From Dehalococcoidia bacterium (GTDB lineage Bacteria > Chloroflexota > Dehalococcoidia > Lucifugimonadales > CBDFII01): a stretch of DNA of 64,000 nucleotides. The stretch covers positions 341,197 through 405,196 of the forward strand of contig CBDFII010000005.1 in the NCBI GenBank assembly GCA_965248115.1, written 5' to 3'. Each line of letters opens with the position of its first letter. Position 1 is the first letter of the stretch. Below the pieces are notes generated by a model. The model searched no databases and was not told where the DNA came from. It saw nothing but the letters and a program-made list of their open reading frames with translations. Of this stretch, positions 35,770 through 44,675 are shown one piece after another. The translations under genes and the position numbers were made by a program.

Positions 35770-36594
35770 ATGGTTAGGCCTATTCTTCTACGCAAGGCGA
35801 GCAGTGGGGTTTGGAGGTTGGAAACTTGGACTGGTAGGGCTTTGGCATCTGTCCTTCCCAAAGCTACTCTTAGCAGCTTCGTGCAAAAGGTCAGTGAGAA
35901 AGATCTACAACCGCTTATAGAGGCGCTCGGACCACGTCTCAACCGAAAGCCTGACTTGGACACCATGCCTTTTGACCTTCCAATAGATGGAAATTTGTGT
36001 TTTGAACACCTGGTGGGCCTTTTCGCCAGCACGCCTCTGGATCATGCAGTCATAACCATGAGTGTGCGCCAGTCCGCCTATATGTTTGATCTTATCAAGC
36101 GCATAAAGGCGCGCAAGATCGTTGAGATAGGCCGTTATAAAGGAGGCTCCACGCTCCTTCTGGCAGCAGCCATGGAAGGTGAAGGAAAAGTGTGGTCGAT
36201 AGATATAGGCGAGAAGGAATCGCGTCTCTACAAAGCAAAGAGCCATCGTGAATTCGATGACCAACTGAGATATGCGTGCCAGCAGCTAGGACTCAACAAT
36301 GTTGAATTAATCGTTGGAGACTCTCGAAGCGTAGAGATTGAAACGGGAGAGGTAGACCTGGTTTTAATTGATGGGGATCACTCGTTCGAGACTGCGAAAC
36401 AGGACTTTGATAAGTTTGGTAGACGCGTGCGACTCGGCGGCGCTGTTTTGATGGACGATGCCTTTGACGATGGAATGTTTAGGAGTCATCCCGACACCGT
36501 GGGTAGGATCGTACGAGAGGCAGTAGAAGATGGCGAATTCGAATTGGCTAGAGTCGTAAACCATATGGCCCATCTGAAGAGAGTATCTGGGTAG
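35770..36594 (+). CDS. Class I SAM-dependent methyltransferase (Methyltransf_24/CmcI-like)
   Basis: IVEIGRYKGGSTLLLA and LIDGDHSFETAKQDF motifs. Confidence 0.6.
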   Translation: MVRPILLRKASSGVWRLETWTGRALASVLPKATLSSFVQKVSEKDLQPLIEALGPRLNRKPDLDTMPFDLPIDGNLCFEHLVGLFASTPLDHAVITMSVRQSAYMFDLIKRIKARKIVEIGRYKGGSTLLLAAAMEGEGKVWSIDIGEKESRLYKAKSHREFDDQLRYACQQLGLNNVELIVGDSRSVEIETGEVDLVLIDGDHSFETAKQDFDKFGRRVRLGGAVLMDDAFDDGMFRSHPDTVGRIVREAVEDGEFELARVVNHMAHLKRVSG

Positions 36595-36636
36595 AGGTGT
36601 AAGGACTACTTTGCTTACTACCATTCTGCCGGCTCT

Positions 36637-37977
36637 ATGTTTAACCGACGATTCCTAGGCCTCATTGGGGAACCGAGAGACCCACGCCAGAACCACGACA
36701 ATAGTAGCCGGATGGATTCCACAACATCACTAATACTCTCGCTTGTAGCAGCACTCCTCCTGGGATCGACCCTTGGCATTCTACTGCAGCGCTATACAAG
36801 AGTTCCAGCAAGGGTAAAAGCAGCTATGGCGTTAGCGCTCCTGATTCTCCCTACTCGCCGTAACCGCAGCGCCACGACTTTCCCGGGTCTAATAAAGCTG
36901 ACGCGAAAGAAATACATGGGAGCGACCCCATTAACTGACGGAGAAACCAACGACCAGGAATTGCTGGACCAGTTTCTAAGCAACACGTTCGTGGAATACA
37001 GGTCGCACCAGCTACAGACGCGCTGGAACTACCAGCTCGATAGCGTTGATTCTTACCTCAGGTCTGTGGACGAGAACAGGTCCCGTCTTTTGGGCTATTT
37101 GGGGCGGTTTCACAAGGACCGAAGGGCAACTATTGCGGCAGAGGAGACGGTCCAAGTACCGCCAAATGAGCATGTTGGGGACATATCCATCACTCGCGCC
37201 GTTATAGAGTCAAGAGTGCCTAACCTGTCTTTCGACGCCTATATCGTGAAGCCAACGATAGAGAACGAACTGAACGCGATCGGGGTGGTGGCCCTTCATG
37301 GCCACGCCAGCAGCGCTGAAAAGCTGGTGGGATTTGGGCGGGAGGACTACGGGAGGCGCCTGGCCTTGCGACTGGCCAGAAAAGGGTTTACCGTGATCGC
37401 ACCTAATGTGACCAGTTCCACGCTCCATAATAACGCCATTAGCGCCCATGCTGCCATGTACGGATACACCTTGTATGGGATAATGGCCCAGTTTATTCAA
37501 TCCAGCATCGACATTCTGGAAATCAGGAAAGGAGTCGAGCAGTCAGGGTGTTACGGGATATCAAACGGAGGATTGATTGGACTGTTTGCTGGAGCAATCG
37601 ACGACAGGATACGTTTCGTAGTAGTCGCTGGAATGCTGTCCCCTTTCTATGAAAACTTCCTAAGAAACAGGACCGAGGGACATCTGAGAGAATACTTGTA
37701 TTACTTTAACGGATCTTTCTGGAGCGAGTTTGACATGGCCCAACTTGCCTCTCTTTCTATACCCAACGTTCTGATTTTCTCTATAGGGAAACACGATGGT
37801 GTCACCCGTGGCTGGGAGTCTGAATATGCTGAGATTCTGGGTATTTACGATAGACTGGGGATACAGGATCGGATTGGGCTTGTTCATTTTGATGGAGGCC
37901 ATGAAATTCCCGAGGATCTGGCCACTGACCTCCTAGTTGAAAAGTTGACGCTTGCTAAGGGCCAATCTATAAGATGA
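36637..37977 (+). CDS. Membrane-anchored alpha/beta hydrolase (dienelactone-hydrolase/acetyl-esterase-like)
   Basis: N-terminal TM helix (SLILSLVAALLLGSTLGILL), HGHASS, nucleophile elbow GISNGG, C-terminal FDGGHEIP. Confidence 0.6.
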   Translation: MFNRRFLGLIGEPRDPRQNHDNSSRMDSTTSLILSLVAALLLGSTLGILLQRYTRVPARVKAAMALALLILPTRRNRSATTFPGLIKLTRKKYMGATPLTDGETNDQELLDQFLSNTFVEYRSHQLQTRWNYQLDSVDSYLRSVDENRSRLLGYLGRFHKDRRATIAAEETVQVPPNEHVGDISITRAVIESRVPNLSFDAYIVKPTIENELNAIGVVALHGHASSAEKLVGFGREDYGRRLALRLARKGFTVIAPNVTSSTLHNNAISAHAAMYGYTLYGIMAQFIQSSIDILEIRKGVEQSGCYGISNGGLIGLFAGAIDDRIRFVVVAGMLSPFYENFLRNRTEGHLREYLYYFNGSFWSEFDMAQLASLSIPNVLIFSIGKHDGVTRGWESEYAEILGIYDRLGIQDRIGLVHFDGGHEIPEDLATDLLVEKLTLAKGQSIR

Positions 37978-38048
37978 GTGATACGGCTATACAAGCTGAG
38001 GATATATTCAAGCAGGAGTTTAGGCTCTCAGGCTTGATAAACTACTAA
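37974..38048 (+). pseudogene. Possible 5' relic of a wzt-like ABC ATPase gene
   Basis: An ATGA-overlapped start gives MSDTAIQAEDIFKQEFRLSGLINY*. This parallels the Wzt N-terminus MTEVAIRAEGLGKRYKIG at 29089. A non-coding spacer of about 430 nt follows. Confidence 0.3.
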
Positions 38049-38482
38049 GGGTGTTCGCCAAGGTAGAATTGTTTGATCCAGTCTAGGTATAGGAGATATC
38101 AAGTTCGTGGCCCAGGCGATAAAGAACTGGGTTAGGGTTTAGGTTCTGCCGGATTAACCTGCACTATCATTCCACTACGAACACAGTCACTCCCGTGAGC
38201 GAGGACTATAGGTGACTCTAGAACTGGATCATGTCCTAAGGCATTACAGCTCCATTATATTGTATCTCCAACACCGCTTTCAGCGCTTAAGGGAATGGTC
38301 AGACACTACTGGTTTGGAGGATGGCGCCGGTTGACTTCGCCCATCAGGGAGCCTATCAAAATGTTGAATCTGAGTAGTCGTCCAGACCAAATCGGAAACC
38401 AACGGCAACATCAAGAGAAGCATGCTAGGCATGAAGAGCCTTTCTGGATGGGGAATTTAGCTAGAGGGAGCTTGGCACGGCT

Positions 38483-39175
38483 ATGGCAGCGGTCTTAGGC
38501 GTTGTTCCCGCCCGAGGAGGCTCCAAGTCCATTCACAAGAAGAATATAGCGCCGTTACTGGGGCATCCTCTCATCTACTACACCATAAGTGAAGCCAGGA
38601 AATCCCGCTACATAGAACGTCTGGTGGTTTCCACTGATGATGAGGAGATAGCCCAAGTGTCACAGGGATTCGGTGCTGAGGTGCTCATGCGGCCATCCGA
38701 GTATGCTACAGATAACGCCCGCACAGAGTTGGCTTTAATCCACGTCTTAAATACATTGAAGGAACTAGAAGGTTACGAGCCTGACATCGTCTTGACTCTG
38801 GAACCCACCTCACCACTGAGAAGTGTTCGACTCATCGACAGTTGCGTGGAGGTCTTCAGCGAAACCGATGCTGACGCTGTTATTTCTGTGGCCGAGAATA
38901 GTGCCCTAGTGGGAAGGGTTCTGCCAGATGGCCATTTTCAATACCTCATCCCGAATCAGGCCAGAAGGCGTCAGGACAGGCAACCCCTCTACCGGGAAAG
39001 CAGCACACTTTACGCCACCAGAACCGAGGCTCTGATGAAAACAGGCTCCGTCTTGGGGGAGAGGCTTTATGCTGTCATTGCTGAACCTCACGAAGCCATC
39101 GACATCAACAGTCCTATAGATATGGTCATCGCCGAAGCGGTTATGAGATGGCTGAAGGGAAAGGAGAGTTCATGA
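38483..39175 (+). CDS. neuA: Acylneuraminate (nonulosonate) cytidylyltransferase
   Basis: VVPARGGSKSIHKKNI motif, LEPTSPLR. 230 aa, with no C-terminal esterase domain. Confidence 0.85.
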   Translation: MAAVLGVVPARGGSKSIHKKNIAPLLGHPLIYYTISEARKSRYIERLVVSTDDEEIAQVSQGFGAEVLMRPSEYATDNARTELALIHVLNTLKELEGYEPDIVLTLEPTSPLRSVRLIDSCVEVFSETDADAVISVAENSALVGRVLPDGHFQYLIPNQARRRQDRQPLYRESSTLYATRTEALMKTGSVLGERLYAVIAEPHEAIDINSPIDMVIAEAVMRWLKGKESS

Positions 39176-40209
39176 CTAACCCTGTGAAAATTGGCAACCG
39201 GCTAGTAGGGCCAGGGCAAAATCCTTTCATCGTTGCCGAGGCGGCCATAAACCACCAGGGGCAATACGAGATAGCGGAAAAGATGGTTTATGTAGCGCAT
39301 GCCCTCGGCGCTGATGCTATTAAGTTCCAGTTTCATGTCCTGGAGAATGAGATGCTCCGAGAAACACCCCAGTCGGATAACTTTGATGAACCTCTCTACG
39401 ACACGCTGGCTAAGACGAATCTAACTCTAGAGGAGCACAAGCAGCTGAAGGCGCTTTGCGAACAGATAGGGATTGTATACTTGTGCACCCCTTTTAGCAG
39501 GGCCGCGGCAGACATCCTTGAGAATCTGGACATAGTGGCCTTCAAGGTAGGGTCAGGGGAGCTTACCAATCTTCCTCTTCAGGAGCACATTGCCCGCAAA
39601 GGACGACCTATGATCATATCTACTGGCATGAGTGCTGTGGAGGAGATAGCCGAGACTGTGGAACTAGTTAAGAGCATCGGTACTCCCTTTATACTGACCC
39701 ACTGCGTATCCGCTTATCCAGCTCCATACCATATCGTCAACCTGAGGATGATACCCAAGTATGTGGAGATGTTCCAAGTGCCTGTGGGGCTCTCAGATCA
39801 CACTAGGGGCATATACACTGCTCTGGGAGCCGTGGCTTTGGAGGCCTGCCTTGTTGAAAAACATTTTACCTTGGACAAGCTCCAGATCGGGCCTGACCAT
39901 GTCTCCTCTATAGAGCCTCTTGAACTTGGGGAGTTAGTGAAGGGAGCCCAGGCGATTTACCAGGCCCTGGGAGGAGAAAAGCGCATCTTCCCAGAGGAAG
40001 AGTCCATAGTAGCCTGGGCCCGAGAGAGCGTGGTAACGGAGACCGCCATCCCCAAGGGTACTACTATTACCTCTGATATGGTGTGGGTGAAGCGGCCCGC
40101 TCCAGGCGCTGGGGTTGCCCCGGCTAAAGACTTGAAGAAGGTAATCGGCAGACTAGCCAAGGTGGACATACCTCAGGGAGTCCAAGTCATGTGGGAGTAT
40201 CTGGATTGA
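39172..40209 (+). CDS. neuB: N-acetylneuraminate/nonulosonate synthase with SAF domain
   Basis: The ATG overlaps the neuA stop (ATGA) and SD AAGGAGAG is present. PFIVAEAAINHQG, DAIKFQ, KVGSGELTN, LSDHT motifs. C-terminal SAF-like region. Confidence 0.85.
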   Translation: MTNPVKIGNRLVGPGQNPFIVAEAAINHQGQYEIAEKMVYVAHALGADAIKFQFHVLENEMLRETPQSDNFDEPLYDTLAKTNLTLEEHKQLKALCEQIGIVYLCTPFSRAAADILENLDIVAFKVGSGELTNLPLQEHIARKGRPMIISTGMSAVEEIAETVELVKSIGTPFILTHCVSAYPAPYHIVNLRMIPKYVEMFQVPVGLSDHTRGIYTALGAVALEACLVEKHFTLDKLQIGPDHVSSIEPLELGELVKGAQAIYQALGGEKRIFPEEESIVAWARESVVTETAIPKGTTITSDMVWVKRPAPGAGVAPAKDLKKVIGRLAKVDIPQGVQVMWEYLD

Positions 40210-41357
40210 GCCAGAGAAAGGTTGCCGTAATCACCGCTACCAGAGCCACGTACGGTTATAACCGCCGCATTATGAAGCTGGTTCACCAGTCTAATCAGCT
40301 GGAACTTGCAGTGATCGTGACCGGTATGCATCTTCTTAAAGAATACGGTCTCACCGTGCAAGAGGTTGAGGGGGATGGCCTTCCTATTGTTGCTCGGGTG
40401 GATATGGTGGTGGGGGGCGACACTCCAACAGCTTGGGCCAAGTCCCTCGGAGTTTGCATCCAGGGCATGGCTCAAGTATACGACATGATCAAGCCCGATA
40501 TCGTTCTCGTGAGCGGGGATAGGGGGGAGATGCTAGCGGCTACCGTTACCGCCGTTTACATGAACATGCCAGTTGCTCATCTCCAGTCTGGGGATCGATC
40601 AGGTCATATAGATGGCTCCGCTCGCCACTCTATAACCAAGTTGTGTCATATACATTTCCCCTCGTGCGAGGACTCGGCCAAGAGAGTGGAAAGGATGGGA
40701 GAGGAGCCCTGGCGCATCTTCAACGTGGGTGCGCCACAGCTTGACGAAGTGGTTAACGGTCCTGGACTGGACTCTCTAGCTCTCGCTCATAAGCTGGGGC
40801 TAAACCTTGAGGAGCCCACTATCATAGTCCTTCAGCATCCCATCCTGGTAGAACTAGGCCAGACTAGAGAGCAGATGGTGGAGACTATGGAAGCGATAAA
40901 GGAAGTGGGCTTGCAGACGGCAGTAATCTACCCAAATGTGGATGCGGCGGGTCAGGAGATCATAAATGTCATCAGGGAGTATGAATATCTTCCCTTTATC
41001 AAGACCTTTCACAATCTCAAGCGCCAGGACTTTATCGGCCTTATGAGTCTAGCTTCTTTAATGGTAGGAAATTCCAGCTGCGGCGTTCTAGAAGCTCCTT
41101 CTTTCAAGCTTGCAGCGGTGAATATAGGTAACCGCCAGAGAGACAGGCTACAGGCCAGCAACGTCATAGATGTGTCCCATGACCGGCATGAGATCGGCAC
41201 AGCCATCCACAAAGCCCTCCACGACGAGGCCTTTAAGGAGCAGGTGAGTGATTGTGTCAACCCATATGGTGATGGCCATAGTTCCGAGCGAGTGGTCGAG
41301 ATACTCTCCAAGATACCCTTGGATCAGAGGCTTCTAGATAAGAAAATGGTTTATTAA
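40191..41357 (+). CDS. neuC: UDP-N-acetylglucosamine 2-epimerase (hydrolysing), NeuC/LegG family
   Basis: KVAVITATRATYGY, VSGDRGEMLAA, HLQSGDRSGHIDGSARHSITKLCHIHF. The start (GTG 40191 or TTG 40206) overlaps the neuB stop. Confidence 0.8.
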   Translation: MGVSGLSQRKVAVITATRATYGYNRRIMKLVHQSNQLELAVIVTGMHLLKEYGLTVQEVEGDGLPIVARVDMVVGGDTPTAWAKSLGVCIQGMAQVYDMIKPDIVLVSGDRGEMLAATVTAVYMNMPVAHLQSGDRSGHIDGSARHSITKLCHIHFPSCEDSAKRVERMGEEPWRIFNVGAPQLDEVVNGPGLDSLALAHKLGLNLEEPTIIVLQHPILVELGQTREQMVETMEAIKEVGLQTAVIYPNVDAAGQEIINVIREYEYLPFIKTFHNLKRQDFIGLMSLASLMVGNSSCGVLEAPSFKLAAVNIGNRQRDRLQASNVIDVSHDRHEIGTAIHKALHDEAFKEQVSDCVNPYGDGHSSERVVEILSKIPLDQRLLDKKMVY

Positions 41358-41372
41358 AGCACGGTTGCTGCC

Positions 41373-42377
41373 ATGAGCATTGATTCTGTAATAGTTACCG
41401 GCGGGGCCGGCTGCATAGGCTTAGAGGTATGCAAACAACTCAGCCAAAGGGGCGTTGAGGTTCGTTTGTTTGACCTGCCTGAGCAGATCCTGAGGGTTAA
41501 GCACGTAATTCCTTCAGCCGTCAAAATATCATACGGCTCTATACTGGACCCATCCTCCCTGCGAGATGCCATGGAGGGATGCGATGCAGTCATTCACCTA
41601 GCAGCCATGCTAGGGGTCCGGCGAACGGAACTCAATAAGCTCAGGTGCCTGGACATCAACGTTGAGGGTACCAAGGAGATACTGGAATACGCCGTTACCC
41701 ATCGTCTAAAGAAGATCGTTTTCGCCTCTTCCTCAGAAGTCTACGGGGAACCTCTACAGAATCCGGTAAACGAACAAGCACCCACCCTGGGTAGCAGCGT
41801 TTACGCTATATCTAAACTTATGGGCGAAGCCCTTTGCAAAGCCTACGCGCAACGATACCCACGGTTGTCCTATGTTATTCTCCGTTACTTCAACACCTAT
41901 GGGCCCTTTCAAACCGCTCAGTTCGTTATTCCCAAGTTTGTGGCAGGGGTTCTCAAAGATCAGCCTCCTACTATCTACGGGAATGGAAGTCAGAAGCGTT
42001 CCTATTCTCACGTAAATGATGTTGCTCGGGCAACTGTGGAGGCACTTCTCAGAGAAGAGGCTGATTCCCACATCTTTAACATTGGGAACGGGGAGAGACC
42101 TATTGATCTCTGGGAACTTGCTCATCTGGTCATATCCGTGGCAGGCAAGCCTAATAAACTTGTACCTCTCCATCAACCTGACTATAACTTCACCGACCGA
42201 ACGGCTGACAGAGAGATATCGCACCGTGTCTGCGATACCAGCAAAGCCCGAGAGGTTCTCGAGGTCAAGCCCCATGTACCACTGGAGGAGGGTCTACGGT
42301 TGCTCCTAGAATCAGGCAACATCTTCGAGCGCTGGGAGACTACTGAGTTGCCCTACCTCCAGGATGATGGCGTATGA
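41373..42377 (+). CDS. NAD-dependent epimerase/dehydratase (UDP-hexose/HexNAc 4-epimerase-like)
   Basis: VIVTGGAGCIGLEVC, YAISKLMGE (YxxxK). 334 aa. Confidence 0.8.
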   Translation: MSIDSVIVTGGAGCIGLEVCKQLSQRGVEVRLFDLPEQILRVKHVIPSAVKISYGSILDPSSLRDAMEGCDAVIHLAAMLGVRRTELNKLRCLDINVEGTKEILEYAVTHRLKKIVFASSSEVYGEPLQNPVNEQAPTLGSSVYAISKLMGEALCKAYAQRYPRLSYVILRYFNTYGPFQTAQFVIPKFVAGVLKDQPPTIYGNGSQKRSYSHVNDVARATVEALLREEADSHIFNIGNGERPIDLWELAHLVISVAGKPNKLVPLHQPDYNFTDRTADREISHRVCDTSKAREVLEVKPHVPLEEGLRLLLESGNIFERWETTELPYLQDDGV

Positions 42378-42562
42378 AGCTGCCAACCGCTGTCTTATCT
42401 CAGTCGCTGCCTTGCGTTTTAGAGATGCTAAAAGCGCACTGGTCGTTCCCAAAGCAGTCTCACGGTGGAACTGAGTTCGGGCTGTGTGATTCAAGTGTGA
42501 TGAGACTCCCCCCTATAGAATGTTACAACGCCGGTCTGTTTAACATCAAAGGATTGTCATAA
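42374..42562 (+). CDS. Small hypothetical ORF (62 aa) bridging two genes
   Basis: The start overlaps the upstream stop (ATGA at 42374..42377). The stop overlaps the downstream start (TAATG at 42560..42564). No recognisable motif. Confidence 0.3.
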   Translation: MKLPTAVLSQSLPCVLEMLKAHWSFPKQSHGGTEFGLCDSSVMRLPPIECYNAGLFNIKGLS

Positions 42563-43623
42563 TGTCGGGCGATACCATAGACAGTATATTCGAAGGGCTG
42601 GAAAGGATTAGAAAGCGGGTGGCGGAGAAGGACCCGCAGGGACGCCATTGGGACCTCAGGATAACATGTGCCTGGCGGATTTTCCGCGCCTTCGATGTTC
42701 CGCGTTTCCGACTCGAGCCTGCCGATCTTCAAAAGGTGCTTGCAGACCTGCTTGAGCTGCAAGACTATATTGAGCAGTCCGCTGGAGTCAACGGTAACTC
42801 GCTTCCTCTGCATGGGAGCGGAACACTACAGAACCCTCCCCAGGATGCCAGCAAGACAATGTGGTCTCTGTATGGCCTGGCTTGGGCGGCGCTTTCCCGA
42901 GAGCAATACTACGAGGCAACTGAGCTTTTAGCCAGCAGGTTGCGCAACAGCAATATGGACGTTTCGTTTATAAAGGGTGCGGAGTGTCTGGACCTTGGTA
43001 CAGGAATAGCTCGCTACGCGTTATCAATGATTCAATTGGGTGCTCGGCATGTAATCGGAGTGGACTTCAGTTTGGAATGCCTTGACGAGGCAAGACGAAG
43101 ATTGGAAGGTTCCAAAGAGAGTCAATATATCGAACTGATCCATGATGACCTATATAAACTGCCTAAAGAGATGGATGATGCTTTTGATTTTGTTTGTGCC
43201 AATGGGGTGATTCATCACCTGCCTGACCCGGTTAAAGGATTGGAAGTTGTCTTCCGTTGCACGAGGAAGGGGGGTAGGGCCTTTGTGTTTGTTTTTTCAA
43301 AGAGTGATTCTCCCTGGTGGCCGTCAATAGAGCTTATGCGGGAATTGGCGGCGCCAGTACCTATCCAATACGCACATAGCATACTTAAGTTCTACGAAGT
43401 ACCTGGGACCAAGCTCTTCAATACCCTAGATTATTCCTATACCCCAATCCAGCACAAATTCGACCGTGAGTGGTTTGAAGAGACGTTGCGAAATATTGGG
43501 TTTCGAGAGATCCAGCTCCTAAAAGGCGGAGTCATTCATGATTCGGTCCTCCGCTGCAATCTCTTTAATACAGACAGCCAACTGTATGGCATCACTGAGA
43601 TCCGTTATCTACTACGGAAGTAG
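42562..43623 (+). CDS. Class I SAM-dependent methyltransferase with N-terminal extension
   Basis: CLDLGTGIARYAL SAM motif, FDFVCANGVIHHLPDP. Confidence 0.7.
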   Translation: MSGDTIDSIFEGLERIRKRVAEKDPQGRHWDLRITCAWRIFRAFDVPRFRLEPADLQKVLADLLELQDYIEQSAGVNGNSLPLHGSGTLQNPPQDASKTMWSLYGLAWAALSREQYYEATELLASRLRNSNMDVSFIKGAECLDLGTGIARYALSMIQLGARHVIGVDFSLECLDEARRRLEGSKESQYIELIHDDLYKLPKEMDDAFDFVCANGVIHHLPDPVKGLEVVFRCTRKGGRAFVFVFSKSDSPWWPSIELMRELAAPVPIQYAHSILKFYEVPGTKLFNTLDYSYTPIQHKFDREWFEETLRNIGFREIQLLKGGVIHDSVLRCNLFNTDSQLYGITEIRYLLRK

Positions 43624-43629
43624 GTTTCG

Positions 43630-44664
43630 ATGCAGACCCGCCATAAAGAAAAATATACAGCAGCGGTCATCGGTGTCGGTCGCATCGGGATGATGCACGA
43701 GTTTGACCCAAAGCGTCTGAAACCCGCCACCCATTTTGGAATGTGGGCAAGCCACCCGCGGGTCAACCTTGTGGCGGTGTGCGACAATGACCCGAAGAAG
43801 GTTGAGGATGCCAAGTCGCTTATACCGACGGTGAGGAGCTATCTGTCTGCTGAAGAGATGCTTCGGGAGGAGCATCCTGATATGATCTCCATCGCCACAT
43901 GGAAGGACACTCATTACGACATGATGAGATTGGCACTCCAACACGGCGTATCGGCGATTGTGTGCGAAAAACCCATCGCGGAAAAGTACGAGCATGCCAA
44001 GGAGATTGTGGATGAGATACAAAAGAGAGGGGTGCATCTCTTCATAAATCACCGGAGGCGTTTTGATCCTCTGCTATACCCGTTGCGTGAGGAGATGAAA
44101 AACGGGATCATTGGTGAAATTCTGCAGGTGAGTAGCTATTATGTCTACGGTCTTGTTACCACAGGGACACACGTAATTGATACCTTGCGATTTTTCCTAA
44201 AGGATATCGCCGGGGAAGTACGGTGGGTAGCAGCATTCCCCAACACATTTCCACACTACTATCCAGAAGGGGATCCTTGCATAGACGGGTTCATCGGGTT
44301 TCAGAATGGGCTAAAAGCAAGCATGCAATCCCTTAATATACAGGATTACGATATTTTTGATTTTTTCTTCTACGGAAGGAAAGGGCGGATTGTTTTCAAG
44401 AACATCGGACGAGATGTGGAAATCTTTAGTGTTAAAGATTCGCCGGAACACCAGGGCTTTACAGAGCTGGGTGATGAATCTGTAGACCGGCGCGGCGGTG
44501 TGCAACGCAACCAATTTGGTTTTCTTGCCGACAACGTTATAGATTCCCTGGAAGGGAGGGCGACGTCCCTAAGCACCGGCGAGGACAGCCTGAAGGCGTT
44601 GCAAATCCTGCTGGCAATGCAAAAGAGTGCGGCAGCGGGTGGTAAAAAGGTAGAGGTTGTGTAG
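43630..44664 (+). CDS. Gfo/Idh/MocA family NAD(P)-dependent oxidoreductase
   Basis: AAVIGVGRIGMMH Rossmann N-terminus, VCEKPIA motif. Confidence 0.8.
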   Translation: MQTRHKEKYTAAVIGVGRIGMMHEFDPKRLKPATHFGMWASHPRVNLVAVCDNDPKKVEDAKSLIPTVRSYLSAEEMLREEHPDMISIATWKDTHYDMMRLALQHGVSAIVCEKPIAEKYEHAKEIVDEIQKRGVHLFINHRRRFDPLLYPLREEMKNGIIGEILQVSSYYVYGLVTTGTHVIDTLRFFLKDIAGEVRWVAAFPNTFPHYYPEGDPCIDGFIGFQNGLKASMQSLNIQDYDIFDFFFYGRKGRIVFKNIGRDVEIFSVKDSPEHQGFTELGDESVDRRGGVQRNQFGFLADNVIDSLEGRATSLSTGEDSLKALQILLAMQKSAAAGGKKVEVV

Positions 44665-44675
44665 GTAGAATTCCA

